Of a stretch of 24,080 bases of DNA, positions 9,738-19,769 are shown piece after piece. Origin of the DNA: Chiloscyllium plagiosum (taxonomy: Eukaryota). The notes under the pieces were generated by a model. It saw only the letters and a list, made by a program, of their open reading frames with translations. It did not search any database and had not been told where the DNA came from. Position numbers and translations under genes: made by a program. The stretch's first letter is position 1. The number at the start of each line of letters is the position of its first letter. Location: contig NC_057718.1 of assembly GCF_004010195.1 (NCBI RefSeq), positions 86,082,683-86,106,762 of the forward strand, in the 5' to 3' direction.

Positions 9738-9971
9738 TATTCCACATGCATTTTCCAATATTTCCTACTGACTGATTGAGATTTTTTATAATCCAATAAA
9801 CCTCAGTTCTAAAAATAGACTATCACAACTGGGAGTAAACTCACCGCTGTCACCTGTTTGTACAAATTCTTAAATAAATGAATTGATCCACATTGTAATG
9901 TCACAGTCCCCCACATTAAGTGAGAAAGCATTACTTTCACTTCAATCATTTTTGTTATTTCTTTCAGTTCC

Positions 9972-10604
9972 TGTAAGACCCTGAAACTGAGTGGATGTAT
10001 AGATCCATACTCATGTGAAGGAAATGAGAGTTTTAGTAAATTATATTGCCTTGGAATGAAAATGTTATACTAGTACCAGACAGAAGTGTTGTGACAAGAA
10101 AAAGTTCTGAAGAGATTGTTTAAAGCTAAGTACGTTGACCCTCTGGTAGCTCCATGAAGGAATTTACTGCAGTTCCAGTTTAGAAGTGACAGTCACAAGT
10201 TATTTAACCAAGTGATAGATACAGGGATTCTCATGTAAATATTCTGTGAGAGTTGTTTTATTTAGAACGGCACTGGGAGTCGTGTTTTGTAAAATATATC
10301 AAGGTCATGTCCTTTTCTTTCATTTATGGATGTTTCGAGGGTAATGAGAATTACACATTTCCTCCGTGTTCATTGCTTTTGAATCTGAGTTATAAGTAAG
10401 TAGTTTGTTTCATTCTACTTAATTGTAATTTCTTTCGCAATAAATTTCTGTTTTGTTGTGGAAATAATATTTGCAGCATTGTGTGTTTGCGATTCAGCAA
10501 GAGATCTCTTTGTTAAATCAAAACAAGTAAGGTTATCATCCATCAAGCTGGATTTGTGTTTAGGATCTGGCTTGTTCTGTAATTAATCAGCTGGTATCAG
10601 AATA
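9972..10604 (+). mobile_element. Possible old solo-LTR-like element
   Basis: Candidate TG start (TGTAAG 9972), AATAAA at about 10439 followed by a T-rich tract, and a decayed end (GGTATCAGAATA). No TSD found; boundaries uncertain. Confidence 0.3.
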
Positions 10605-10837
10605 GAAGTGAGGCGATTAAAGACTAATACTAACTCCTGAGGAACTGATAAACTAACCCCACTCTTCATATAGATTGCGCCTCAACTATATCCATCCAGA
10701 TCCATTATATGGCCCAAACCCTGATCAGACATCCACACTGAGTTTAATACCATAGTACCCATCCCAAAGTTACTACTCTGTCACTCTGCACCAGAGCCAA
10801 CACAAAATAAATTCCCTCAGTCCCTGCCAAACCTGTA

Positions 10838-11960
10838 AGACTGCAACTGCATGAGACACTGGTTGGCTCACACACATGAGGTTTTGTGTACAATATTGGT
10901 CATCACCGAGCAGTGAGGACAGAATTACTCTGAGGCGAGTACAGAAGATATTTACAAGAATAGTATTAGTATGTGGGAATTCCTGCGTTCAAAATCACAC
11001 AAGACCAGGTTATAGTCCAACAGGTTTAATTGGAAGCACTAGCTTTCGGAGAGCTGTTGCTTTGTTGTGGAGTGGTTGTGGAGTACATAGTTGTAAGACC
11101 CAGAATTTATAGCAAAAGTTTACAGTGTGATGTAACTGAAAGTATACATTGAAAAATACCTTGATTGTTGAGTCTCTCATCTGTCAGAATGGCCACATTA
11201 GTTTCACTTCTTCAATATGTAAATCACAAAACCTTTTTCAAAATTTACATTCGCAGGTGAACTTTAACAATTATCTGATAATGCGTTGAAGGTGTTAGCT
11301 CCCTTTGTGCTGCTGTCTGTTCCATAATGTTTAGACTGATTCTAATGTTAAAAATTAATTAACAGAACATTACATGAATTCATGCAGTCTTTGAGCAAAG
11401 TACAATGTAACTCTGCAAGTACAATACATCTCAAACGTATGTGTATGTGTGCATGTGGACTCTAACCTGGTGTTGTGTGGTTTCTAACTTTGTACACCCC
11501 AGTCCAACATCTGCAAATCATGGAAATTACTGCAGCTTTGATGAAAGATGCTCAGGGTAGTGTCATTTTCCATAAAGAGAGGTGCATGAGTTTTGATGTG
11601 ATTGGGATGTACAAAATAATCAGGGTCTAGATTGGGGGCATGTCTCCCCGAACATAGAAACATTTACCAGGAGACACCAAGTGAGAAAAATTATTGGGAG
11701 GATTATCAAGGACATGAGGCCTACCATTTTATTCAGAAGTTGACAGTGCGACTGGAAATCACTGCCCAGTCCTGATGACGGCTTGAGGTGACCAATCTTA
11801 ACTCATTTACCGGGAACCTGGAACTTCACGTGAGGTGTAGAAACCCTCAACGCTGTGGACCATGTGCTGGAAAGTGGGATCAGAGCAGCTTGTTAGTTTA
11901 TTCAATTGATGCAGACATGAATGACCTCTTTCAGTGCCATAACGTTCGTGCATTTCTGTG
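10838..11960 (+). mobile_element. Old CR1 3' fragment interrupted at 10987-11520
   Basis: RFCVQYWSSPSSEDRITLRRVQKIFTRI (cf. EYCVQFWSPxxRKDxxxLERVQxRFTRM). CR1-like sequence resumes after 11521 (..GATGTGATTGGGATGTACAAAATAATCAGGG..) and ends in a CR1-like 3' UTR. Confidence 0.75.
10987..11520. mobile_element. Family B Penelope-type element with inverted termini and 13-bp TSD
   Basis: Left end GTTCAAAATCACACAAGACCAGGTTA is the reverse complement of TAACCTGGTGTTGTGTGGTTTCTAAC (about 11463-11488). Minus-strand hammerhead half CTCCGAAAGCTAGTG near 11037-11051. TSD TGGGAATTCCTGC 10974-86 / TGGAAATTACTGC 11521-33 (11/13). Confidence 0.8.
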
Positions 11961-13270
11961 CTATTGCAGAAAGACTGAGGAATGATGAAGTGAATTCACT
12001 TGGTCGGTTAATTGGCCTGTTTCTGTGTTTTCCATTTTCACCACTGGGAATACTGTGGATTGTTAAAGTGAACTCTACAGGGCTGTGTCCACCTTCCAGT
12101 TGTGTCCTGAAGAAATGTTTCTAGCTTCATAATTTTTACGCTGCATAAATCAATTTTACATGGGGATGAATACTATTAACTCAGGTTAGAACATAAGAAT
12201 TTTACAATTCATTAGGTTAATATTGCTTCCTTGTTTAGTTGTCTCATTACAATGTAAAGATTTTAAAAAGAAGTATTATGAAATCTTGTATTGTCAATGC
12301 ACTGCTGAGTATTCAGATGATCAATTTAAACGTTAATTGCCCCGACATGCTAGAACAAAATAGACAGTCAGAGATACCTTATGTTTATCATATTTTATTA
12401 TACAATGGATTGGAGCTGTCACATTCAGTAATTGCAGTAGTGAACTGCCTGTTTTGATTCACATTGTATCGTTTATTCATAAAATATCAATAAGCACATT
12501 CCAAAATTATTTGAGTCAGGTAGTGCAGAGAATGCAATTAAAAAGTCACAGCTCCCTATTTGCATTTTGTATTATTTGCTGACTAAATGTCAGCCAAACT
12601 AGAACATTTGCTAAACTTGACAAGGAATTGTTCACTTTCCAAAACAAACTATGTAGGATTCAGTGAGTTAACAGATCCTCAGTTTACCATCACATAGAGG
12701 GCTCAGATCATGGTTTACACCTTTAATGATGAAACAAACCTTTCTCAGCTCTGTTAGCATTGTCCATCAAACAAAAGTATCTTCACAAGTCATGGTTTTG
12801 TAACATAAGTGACCAGACGATTTGATGTAACCTGAATTGGAGCATGGGGAATAATTGTGACTGTGAGAGCGGCTCCTTTTTTGAGGTAGTTTGGGTGTCA
12901 GCGCTGACTTCCAAAAAAATCCTTGAATAATAATTATTGTTTTATGTGCTGTTGCATTGTTTTGGAAATTTGGGGAAAATAAAGATCAAAGCAACACAAT
13001 GTAAAAAAAGGAGGAAACTGTGTGGGAGAGTTCACAGCACAGGAGCAGGTACGTTTATGGCTTTTAAGTGTAGTCTTGCTGAGTTTTTTTGTGTATATCT
13101 ACAATATGTGGTTGAAGGAGTTCTTTTTGGTTATAAGTTTTATTGAGACCTGTCTCTTGATTAAAATGTAAAAATATAAAGCATTGGCACTACATTAGCC
13201 AGTAGCAGTGTCCTTTACAGCAGTTAGGCTGTAGTTGTTTTCTGGGTGTGTAGATTATTTAGTTGCAAAG

Positions 13271-14190
13271 ATGACCTTTAGTAGAGTGATGTACTCTTCC
13301 TGTCAGATGTGGGAGATCTTCCATGTTACTGATCAATATGTCTACAGTAAATATGTTTGGTCGTGAATCCTATCATATCACTTGGATCAGTTGGAGCAGC
13401 AGAGAGGAATTTTGAGACAATGATGAATTTTCAGGAGTTAGGGGGTCTGATGGATGGCAGCTATAGGAAGAGAGAACAAAAGCAGATACAACCAAGTAGA
13501 CAGTTTACGTCGAGGAAAGGCAGTCGAGGGATATAGGTCGTGCAGGTGTCTCCTGTGGCTATCCCCATTTTAAAGAGATATGTTATTTTGGAAAATGTAG
13601 GGTGTGATGGACTCTTTGGGGAATGTAGCATGGACAGTCAAGTTTCTGGTACCAAGACTGGCTCAAATGTAATGACTGGTACGCCAGTTTCCAAGCGAAA
13701 AATTGTGATAGGGGACTCTCTCATCAGAGGCACAGACAGACTTTTCTGCGGCCAAGAGCCACTGTTGCCTCGCTGGTGTCAGGATCAAGGATATCTCAGA
13801 GAGTGTGTAGAATATTCTCAAAGGGGAGTGGGACCAGCAAAAGGTCATTGTGTACATTGGAACTAACAACACAGGAAAGAAAAAGGATGAAATTCAAAAA
13901 GGAGGATATGAGGTTAGGCAGGAAATTAAAAGGGGGTCCTTGAGGGTAGTAATATTTGGATCACTCTAAATGCCACGAGCTAGTGAGCATAGGACTAGGA
14001 GGATAGAGCAGATGAATGACTGGTTGAGGAGCTGGTGCAAGGGAGAAGGATTCACATTTTTGGATCATTGGAATATTTCTTGGGGTAGAAGTGATCTGTA
14101 TAACAAGGACAGATTGCAACTGAATTAGAAAAAAACTAATTTACTGGCAGGGAAATTTGCTCGAGATGCTCAGGAATATTGAATCTAGTA
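13271..14190 (+). pseudogene. CR1 ORF1 remnant (zinc finger/leucine zipper plus SGNH esterase)
   Basis: MTFSRVMYSSCQMWE from ATG 13271; SPVAIPILKRY; IVIGDSLIRGTDRLFCG (block I); VIVYIGTNN (block III); MNDWLRSWCKGEGFTFLDHWNISWGRSDLYNKDRLQLN (decayed DGLHL). Frameshifts and stops. Confidence 0.85.
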
Positions 14191-14356
14191 AGGTTGGAGT
14201 GGGGATTACGGGAATGGTGGGAGTGCGGGGGTGGGGTGGCGTGACCAGACAGATAGTGAGGAAAGAAATCAGTCTGAGACTGACACAGAAGGGAAAAGGA
14301 GCAAGTCCAATTGTCAAGGCAGGAAGGCTGAAAGCAGAGAATGAGGCAAGACTGAC

Positions 14357-17130
14357 AAATTAAATTTCATTTATTTCTCCACAAGATGCTTAACAGGGAA
14401 GGCAGATGAATTGAGGTCGTGGTTAGGAACATGGGACTGGGATATCATAGCAATTACTCAGATGTGGTTCAGGGGTAGACAGGACTGGCAGCTGACAATT
14501 GCAGGATAGAAATGCTGTAGGAAGGAAAGAAAGGTGTCAAGAAAAGAGAGGAGTTGCTTTTTGATAAGGGATAACTTTACAGCTGGACTTATGGAGAATA
14601 TTCCTAGGAATACATCCACGGAAGTTTCTTGTGTGGAACTGAGAATGAAAAAAAGGCTGATTAACTTATTGTAATTGTACTTGCGACTCCCCACTAGTCA
14701 GTGGGAAATTGAGAAACAAATTTGTAAGGGGATCTCAGTTATTTTCAAAAATAATAGTGCGGTAATGGTCGGGGATTTTAGCTTTCCAAATATAGACTGG
14801 GACTGTCACATTATTAAAGGTTGGGATGGAGAGGACTTTGTTAAGTGTGTATATCTTTTTTTTAAATTTCAGTATGTGGATGTAACTTTTAGAGAACCTG
14901 CAAAACCTCACTTTCTCTTGGGAAATAAGTCAGGGCAAGAGACTGAGGTGCAGTTGGGAAAGCATTTGGGATCAGAGACTTGAATTTTGTTCGTTTAACA
15001 TAGTGACGGAAAAGAATAGACCAGATCTAAAAGTTAAACTTCTAAATTGGAGAAGGCCATTAGGCAAGATCTGTGGGGGTGGATGTTCTCAGATAAAGGC
15101 ACAGCTGAAAAAAGGGAAGCCCAGAAAGAATATGTTCTTGTTCGAGTGAAAGGCAAGGCTGGTAGGTATAGGTTTTGATGGAGAAAAAGAAGGAAGCATA
15201 TATCATGTATAGATATCATGAGATCGAGTGAATCCTTCAAAGAGTATAAAGGCAGTGGGAATACACTTAAGAAGGAAATCAGGAGGGCAAAAAGGGGACA
15301 TAAGATAGCTTTGGCAAATCGAGTTGTGGATTATCCAAAGGGATTTCACAAATACATTCATGACAAAAAGATATCTAAGGTGAGAAGAAGACACCTCAAA
15401 GATCAGCAAGGTAGCCGACGTGTCGAGCAGCTAAAGATGGGAGAGATACGACACAAGTATTCGTTTACTGTGGAGAAAGTCCTGGAAGATATACAATGCG
15501 GGGAAATAGATAGTGACATCTTGAAAAATGTCCATATTACAGAGCAGGATATGCTGGGTGTCAAGTGATGTATAAAGTTTGATAAATCCCCAGGATCTGA
15601 TCTGTGGGTAGCTGGGGAAGTGATTGCTAGATCCTTGCTGAGATACTTGGATCACCAATAGTCACAGGTGAGGTGCCCAAAGACTGGAGGTTGCCTCATT
15701 GTGCCACTACTTAAGAAAGGTGGTAAGGAAAACCCAGCAAACATTACACAGGTGAGCCTGACATTGGTGGTGGGCAAATTGTTGGAGGGAGATCATCAGG
15801 GACAGGATTTATATGCCCTCTGCATTTGGATAGGCAAGGACTAATTAGTGGCTGTCCATATGGATTTGTATGTTGGAAATCATGTCTCACCAACTTGATT
15901 GAGATATTTGAGCACGTAACAAAGAGGATTGATGAGGCAGAGTGGCAGACGTGATCTATATGGACATCTGTAATGAGTTTGACAAGGTTCCTCACGGTTA
16001 AGAAGGTTAGAACACATGGAATAGAGGGAGGACTAGCTATTGGGATACCGAACTGGCTCGAAAGTACAAGACAGAGGATGGTGGTACAGGGTTGCTTTTC
16101 AGACTGGAGGCTTGTGACCAGTGGTGTGCCACAAAGATTTGTGCTTTTCGTTATTTATACAAATGACTTACATGTGAATATGGGAGGTATGGTTAGTAAG
16201 TTTGCAAATGTCAATAAAATTGAAAGTGTAGTAGACAGTGAAGAAAGTTAGGATTAGAATGGTGCTGGAAAAGCTCAGCAGGTCAGGCAGCATCCCAGGA
16301 GCAAGAAAATCAACCTTTCGGGCAGGTGCCTTTCCTGATTAAGGACTTTTGCCCGAAACATCGATTTTCCTGCTCCTCGGATGCTGCCTGACCTCCTGAG
16401 CTTTTCCTGCGCAACTTTAATCTTGACTCTAATCTCCAGCATCTACAATCCTCAATTTCACCACGTGAAGAGACTTATCTCAATGTATAACAGGATCTTG
16501 ATCAGATAAGCCAATGTGCCGAGGAGTTGCAGGTGGAGTTTAATTTAGATAAATGCGAAGTGCTGCATTTTGGAAAGGCAAATCAGGGCAGGACCTGTAC
16601 ACTTTGTGATAAGGTCCTGGGGAGTGTTACTGAACAAAGAGACCTTGGAGTGCAGTTTCATAGTGACTTGAAAGTGGAGACTTCAGTAGATAGGATAGTC
16701 AAGAAGTCATATGGTATGTGCTCCTTTATTGTTCAGAGCATTGATTAGAGGAGTTGTGAGGTCATGTTGTGGCCAGACAGGACATTGGTTAGGCCACTTT
16801 TAGAAAAGTTGTGTGCAGTTGTGGTCTCCCTCCTGTCCGAAGAATGGTGTGAAACATGAAAGGGTTTGCAAAAGATTTACAAGGATGTTGCCAGTTTTGG
16901 AGGGTTTGGAAAATAGGGAAAGGCTGAGTAGACTGGGTCTCGTTTTAATGGAGCTTTGGAGGCTGAGGGGTGATCTTACAGAGGTTTATAGAATAATGAG
17001 GACTGTGTATAGAACAAGGTCTTTCCTCTGGGTTGGGAGAGTCCCGAGGTAGAGAGCATAGTTTCAGGATGACGGAAAAAAGATTTAAAATGTTCCTAAC
17101 GGAAAATCTTTGTCATGCAAAGCGTGGTGC
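14357..17130 (+). pseudogene. CR1 ORF2 remnant (AP endonuclease plus reverse transcriptase)
   Basis: LTGKADELRSWLGTWDWDIIAITQMW; VGDFSFPNIDWD; DKSPGSD; KSCLTNLIEIFE; DVIYMDICNEFDKVP; VTSGVPQ; SKFANVNKI (FADDTKI destroyed); FNLDKCEVLHFG; RLRGDLTEVY. Confidence 0.9.
16251..16464. mobile_element. Palindromic (head-to-head) family A Penelope-type insertion with 13-bp TSD
   Basis: Left arm about 16252-16333 is the reverse complement of right arm about 16341-16422. Decayed core CTGATTA 16335-41...GAAACATC. TSD GTGAAGAAAGTTA 16238-50 / GTGAAGAGACTTA 16465-77 (11/13). Confidence 0.9.
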
Positions 17131-17262
17131 ATGTATGGAATGAACTGCCAGAGGAAATGTAAGAGGCTGCTACAATTGCAACATTTAAAAAAAAGTATTC
17201 GGATGGATAAATAAGGGGGAAAGGTTTAGAGGGATATGGGGGTAAATGGAATGCTATTATTA

Positions 17263-17334
17263 TGCCTGACCTGCTGTGCTGTTCCAGCAATAAAGTTTCA
17301 ACTTTGATCTCCAGCATCTGCAGACCTCACTTTC
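17263..17334 (+). mobile_element. 5'-truncated family A element (no hammerhead) in the CR1 3' UTR
   Basis: TGCCTGACCTGCTGTGCTGTTCCAGCAA...TGATCTCCAGCATCTGCAGACCTCACTTTC matches the 3' part of the copies at 2276 and 16335. Confidence 0.8.
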
Positions 17335-17535
17335 TACATCTCTATGACTCTAACTACACCCAGCATGCTAGGAGCAGTCGAACAAATGTTTCATCAATAG
17401 ATAAATATCAGCACACTGAATCTCAATTCCCTTTTAGAAATCAATCCCCGTTCTCTGTTTGCAATGATAGGGCCTTGTGCGAGGAGAAAACTGAATTGAT
17501 GTTTTGAATTCCTTGACCAACATTCAGAGGGAAGT

Positions 17536-17665
17536 GTTCGGATGAAGAACGATTGCATTAACTCTGTTTCTCTCTCCAAAGATGCTGCCATACCTGTTGA
17601 GTTTTGCCTGCTATTTCTGTTTCTTTTTCAAATTTCTGGTATCCACAGCACTTTTATTTATTTTA
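17536..17665 (+). mobile_element. Older related Penelope-type short element (family C), hammerhead region largely destroyed
   Basis: GTTCGGATGAAG...TTAACTCTGTTTCTCTCTCCAAAGATGCTGCCATACCTGTTGAGTTT...ATCCACAGCAC shares the GATGCTGCC..ACCTG.TG.G.TT box with family A. Confidence 0.55.
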
Positions 17666-17708
17666 TGAAAATGTTTCACTTTCCAACCTACTTCCCAGAA
17701 GTAATTCT

Positions 17709-17965
17709 TAGAATTGTGGAACCCAACTGTACTGAGGTGTTGCATCAGTCCATCAAGCTTGTGCCATCAAGGCTCGATGAATTCTGGTCTCGTCCCAGGG
17801 AGTTGTTAAATATTGTGAGCTTTCCTACATCAACAACCCTCCCAAGCACTGAATGATCAGATACCACACCACTCTCTGAGTGAAAGCCTTTTCCTCAAAA
17901 CCCCTCCAAATCTTTTGCTATTCACCTTCAAAATTTTGCCCTTTTGCCATCTGCCAATTCCCTGT
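17709..17965 (-). mobile_element. Old CR1 3' end fragment
   Basis: ACAACCCTCCCAAGCACTGAA..CAGATACC.CACCACTCTCTGAGTGAAA...TTCCTCAAA.CCCCTC resembles the minus-strand CR1 3' ends at 4630-4760 and 640-760. Confidence 0.5.
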
Positions 17966-18064
17966 CCCAGTTAAATATGGAGATCTTCCATTGCTCTCTG
18001 GGCAGAAGTGGAGAATGTTTGATCAGTGACATCCAATTTCTGTTTTATATTCTGTCTCTTTCAG

Positions 18065-18921
18065 TTAATTTCCTACTGATTTTGGTTCTCTTACAGGGAA
18101 AGTGCGGCCTCTCTAACTGCACAACCCGCTGCCTGCTGGCTATGGCAATATCAGATCTACTGTTCATTTTTGCTGAGATCATGCTTTGGTGATTGAAAGA
18201 CCTTTACTACCCAGGGTGTTTCCTGGACATCACCCCTGTGTGCCGTGATGTCTATGTCCTGGTTCGTGCAGCCACAGACTGTTCTGTCTGTTTCACTGTC
18301 CTATTCTCTTTTGATCGTTTTGTCGCCATTTGCTGCTTGAAAATGAAGAGCAAATATTGGGAAGAGAAAGCCTTGGCCGTGGCTCTGGCTGCAACCAGCA
18401 TTCTACTCGGTTCAAAAAACATTCCCTTCGATTTTCGGTATAAACCTGGAAGGATAGTTGACAATGTTCCAAGGCACTGCTATATAAAGTCAAATTATTT
18501 TACTGATCCTAGGTGGCTGGGATTTAGGTGGTTTGGTTACATTTTAACCCCTTTCATCCCATTCGTGTTAATTCTGTGGATGAACACTGACGGTAAGGCA
18601 CATTTTAGTGGCCAGTCGCGTCCACAAGAGCCTGAGGGGTCAGAGGAAGGGAGCGAGTCACAGAGATGCAGAGATGGAGAACCGGAGGAAGTTGGTGATT
18701 TCCCTCCTCACCATATCCATCAGCTTTATACTGCTGTGGTTAGTTTTCGGTGCAAACACTTTAGCATTAAACCAACATATCGTTTGATTAAATTTCACTT
18801 TACGTGGGCTGGAGAAATGCTTTAGGATTTCAGCTACAGCACAAACACATTATTTTATGCAGTGAACCTGCCCAGGTTCAGAGCGAAGTTCAGGAATGTG
18901 GTGCAACAACTGGTCTCGTAA
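18065..18921 (+). pseudogene. Class A GPCR pseudogene, GPR139/GPR142-like (cartilaginous-fish expanded type); main coding exon
   Basis: Pyrimidine tract plus CAG acceptor (18062-64), then (V)NFLLILVLLQGKCGLSNCTTRCLLAMAISDLL (TM1-2), stop TGA 18190-92, FLDITPVC...AATDCSVCFTVLFSFDRFVAIC (TM3), KNIPF, LTPFIPFVLIL (TM5), frameshift at about 18586 into LTVRHILVASRV...EMENRRKLVISLLTISISFILLW (TM6), second frameshift, stop TAG 18823-25, STNTLFYAVNLPRFR (TM7/H8), TAA 18919-21. Confidence 0.9.
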
Positions 18922-19289
18922 ATCCTTCACTTATGGTGGAAAGAGCCTGGAGGAGAGATTCAATATGACGGACTGGCTGTGAGTGATGGGCTCAGCTGGA
19001 ACATCGCATTTTCACGGACTGCCCTTTGGGTGAGTGTTATAGATCGGCAGGAGGGGTCTCTGCATTCCCCCTGCAGGGGCGGAGGGAAAGGGACAGAAAC
19101 AGTCGTTCCTGCACCATCGTAATTGTCAGACTCTCCCTGTTCAGCTCACAAGAAACACTTTATTACAACCAGGGAAAGGCTCCAGGTGCTGGTGATTCCC
19201 TCATCTGAGTTGGTCGTTGGAGATGCACATTTGTTTGTGAGAGACTTTATTGATTCCACCTCCTGACTGCTTACTTCACATGTATATTA

Positions 19290-19550
19290 CTTTCTCTCCC
19301 CCTCTGCCTCTTTCTGTCTGTCTTTGTTCCTCTCTTCCTCTCTTGCATTGACCTCCATCTCTCAGTTTCTTGCTCTGTCTCCCTCTCTCACTTTTTGTCT
19401 CGCCTTGTGTGTCCCTCCCAGTCTGTATTGTTCTGTCTCTCTACCTGTCTATTTGTCTGTCTGTCTCACTGTCTCCCTCTATGTCTATCCTTCTTTGTCT
19501 CTCTGTCTATCTCTTTCTCTGACTCTCTGTCTCGGCCTCGGTCTCTGTGC
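19290..19550 (+). repeat. Degenerate (CT)/(CTGT)-rich low-complexity tract
   Basis: Pyrimidine-rich dinucleotide periodicity (TCTCTGTCTATCTCTTTCTCT...). Confidence 0.85.
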
Positions 19551-19769
19551 CTTTTGCTCACAAAGAAAATGACAGACACTTGTTGTCTCAGTTTACGACA
19601 TGTTCATTTGCATTGACTCAAATCCTTTCCTGATCCCTTCATTCACTGATCTTTTCCCAGGCAGTGATTTAGTAAAGTACAAAACACACAGAAACAGCCC
19701 ACAATACGTTGACACATTACTGTAAGTAAGTCTGCTGGAGTTTGATCATCTCCTTTTCCTCTCCCTGTA

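Larger units (their letters stand above)
12860..17352 (+). mobile_element. Near-full-length inactive CR1 LINE (5' UTR, ORF1, ORF2 EN+RT, 3' UTR, microsatellite tail)
   Basis: ORF1 and ORF2 motifs in order (see next two entries); tail TACATCTCTATGACTCTA at 17335-17352. The 5' boundary is approximate. Two insertions, at 16251-16464 and about 17263-17334. Confidence 0.92.

Noticed and set aside
10620..10805. Second telomere-like array
   Set aside because: Only a faint C/A-rich hexamer tendency (CTAACCCC, AAACCCTGA); too decayed to call without a periodicity test.
18193..18825. 210-aa ORF as an intact GPCR gene
   Set aside because: It starts at TTG right after an in-frame stop, lacks TM1-2, and its part after about 18586 is off-frame; it belongs to the pseudogene.
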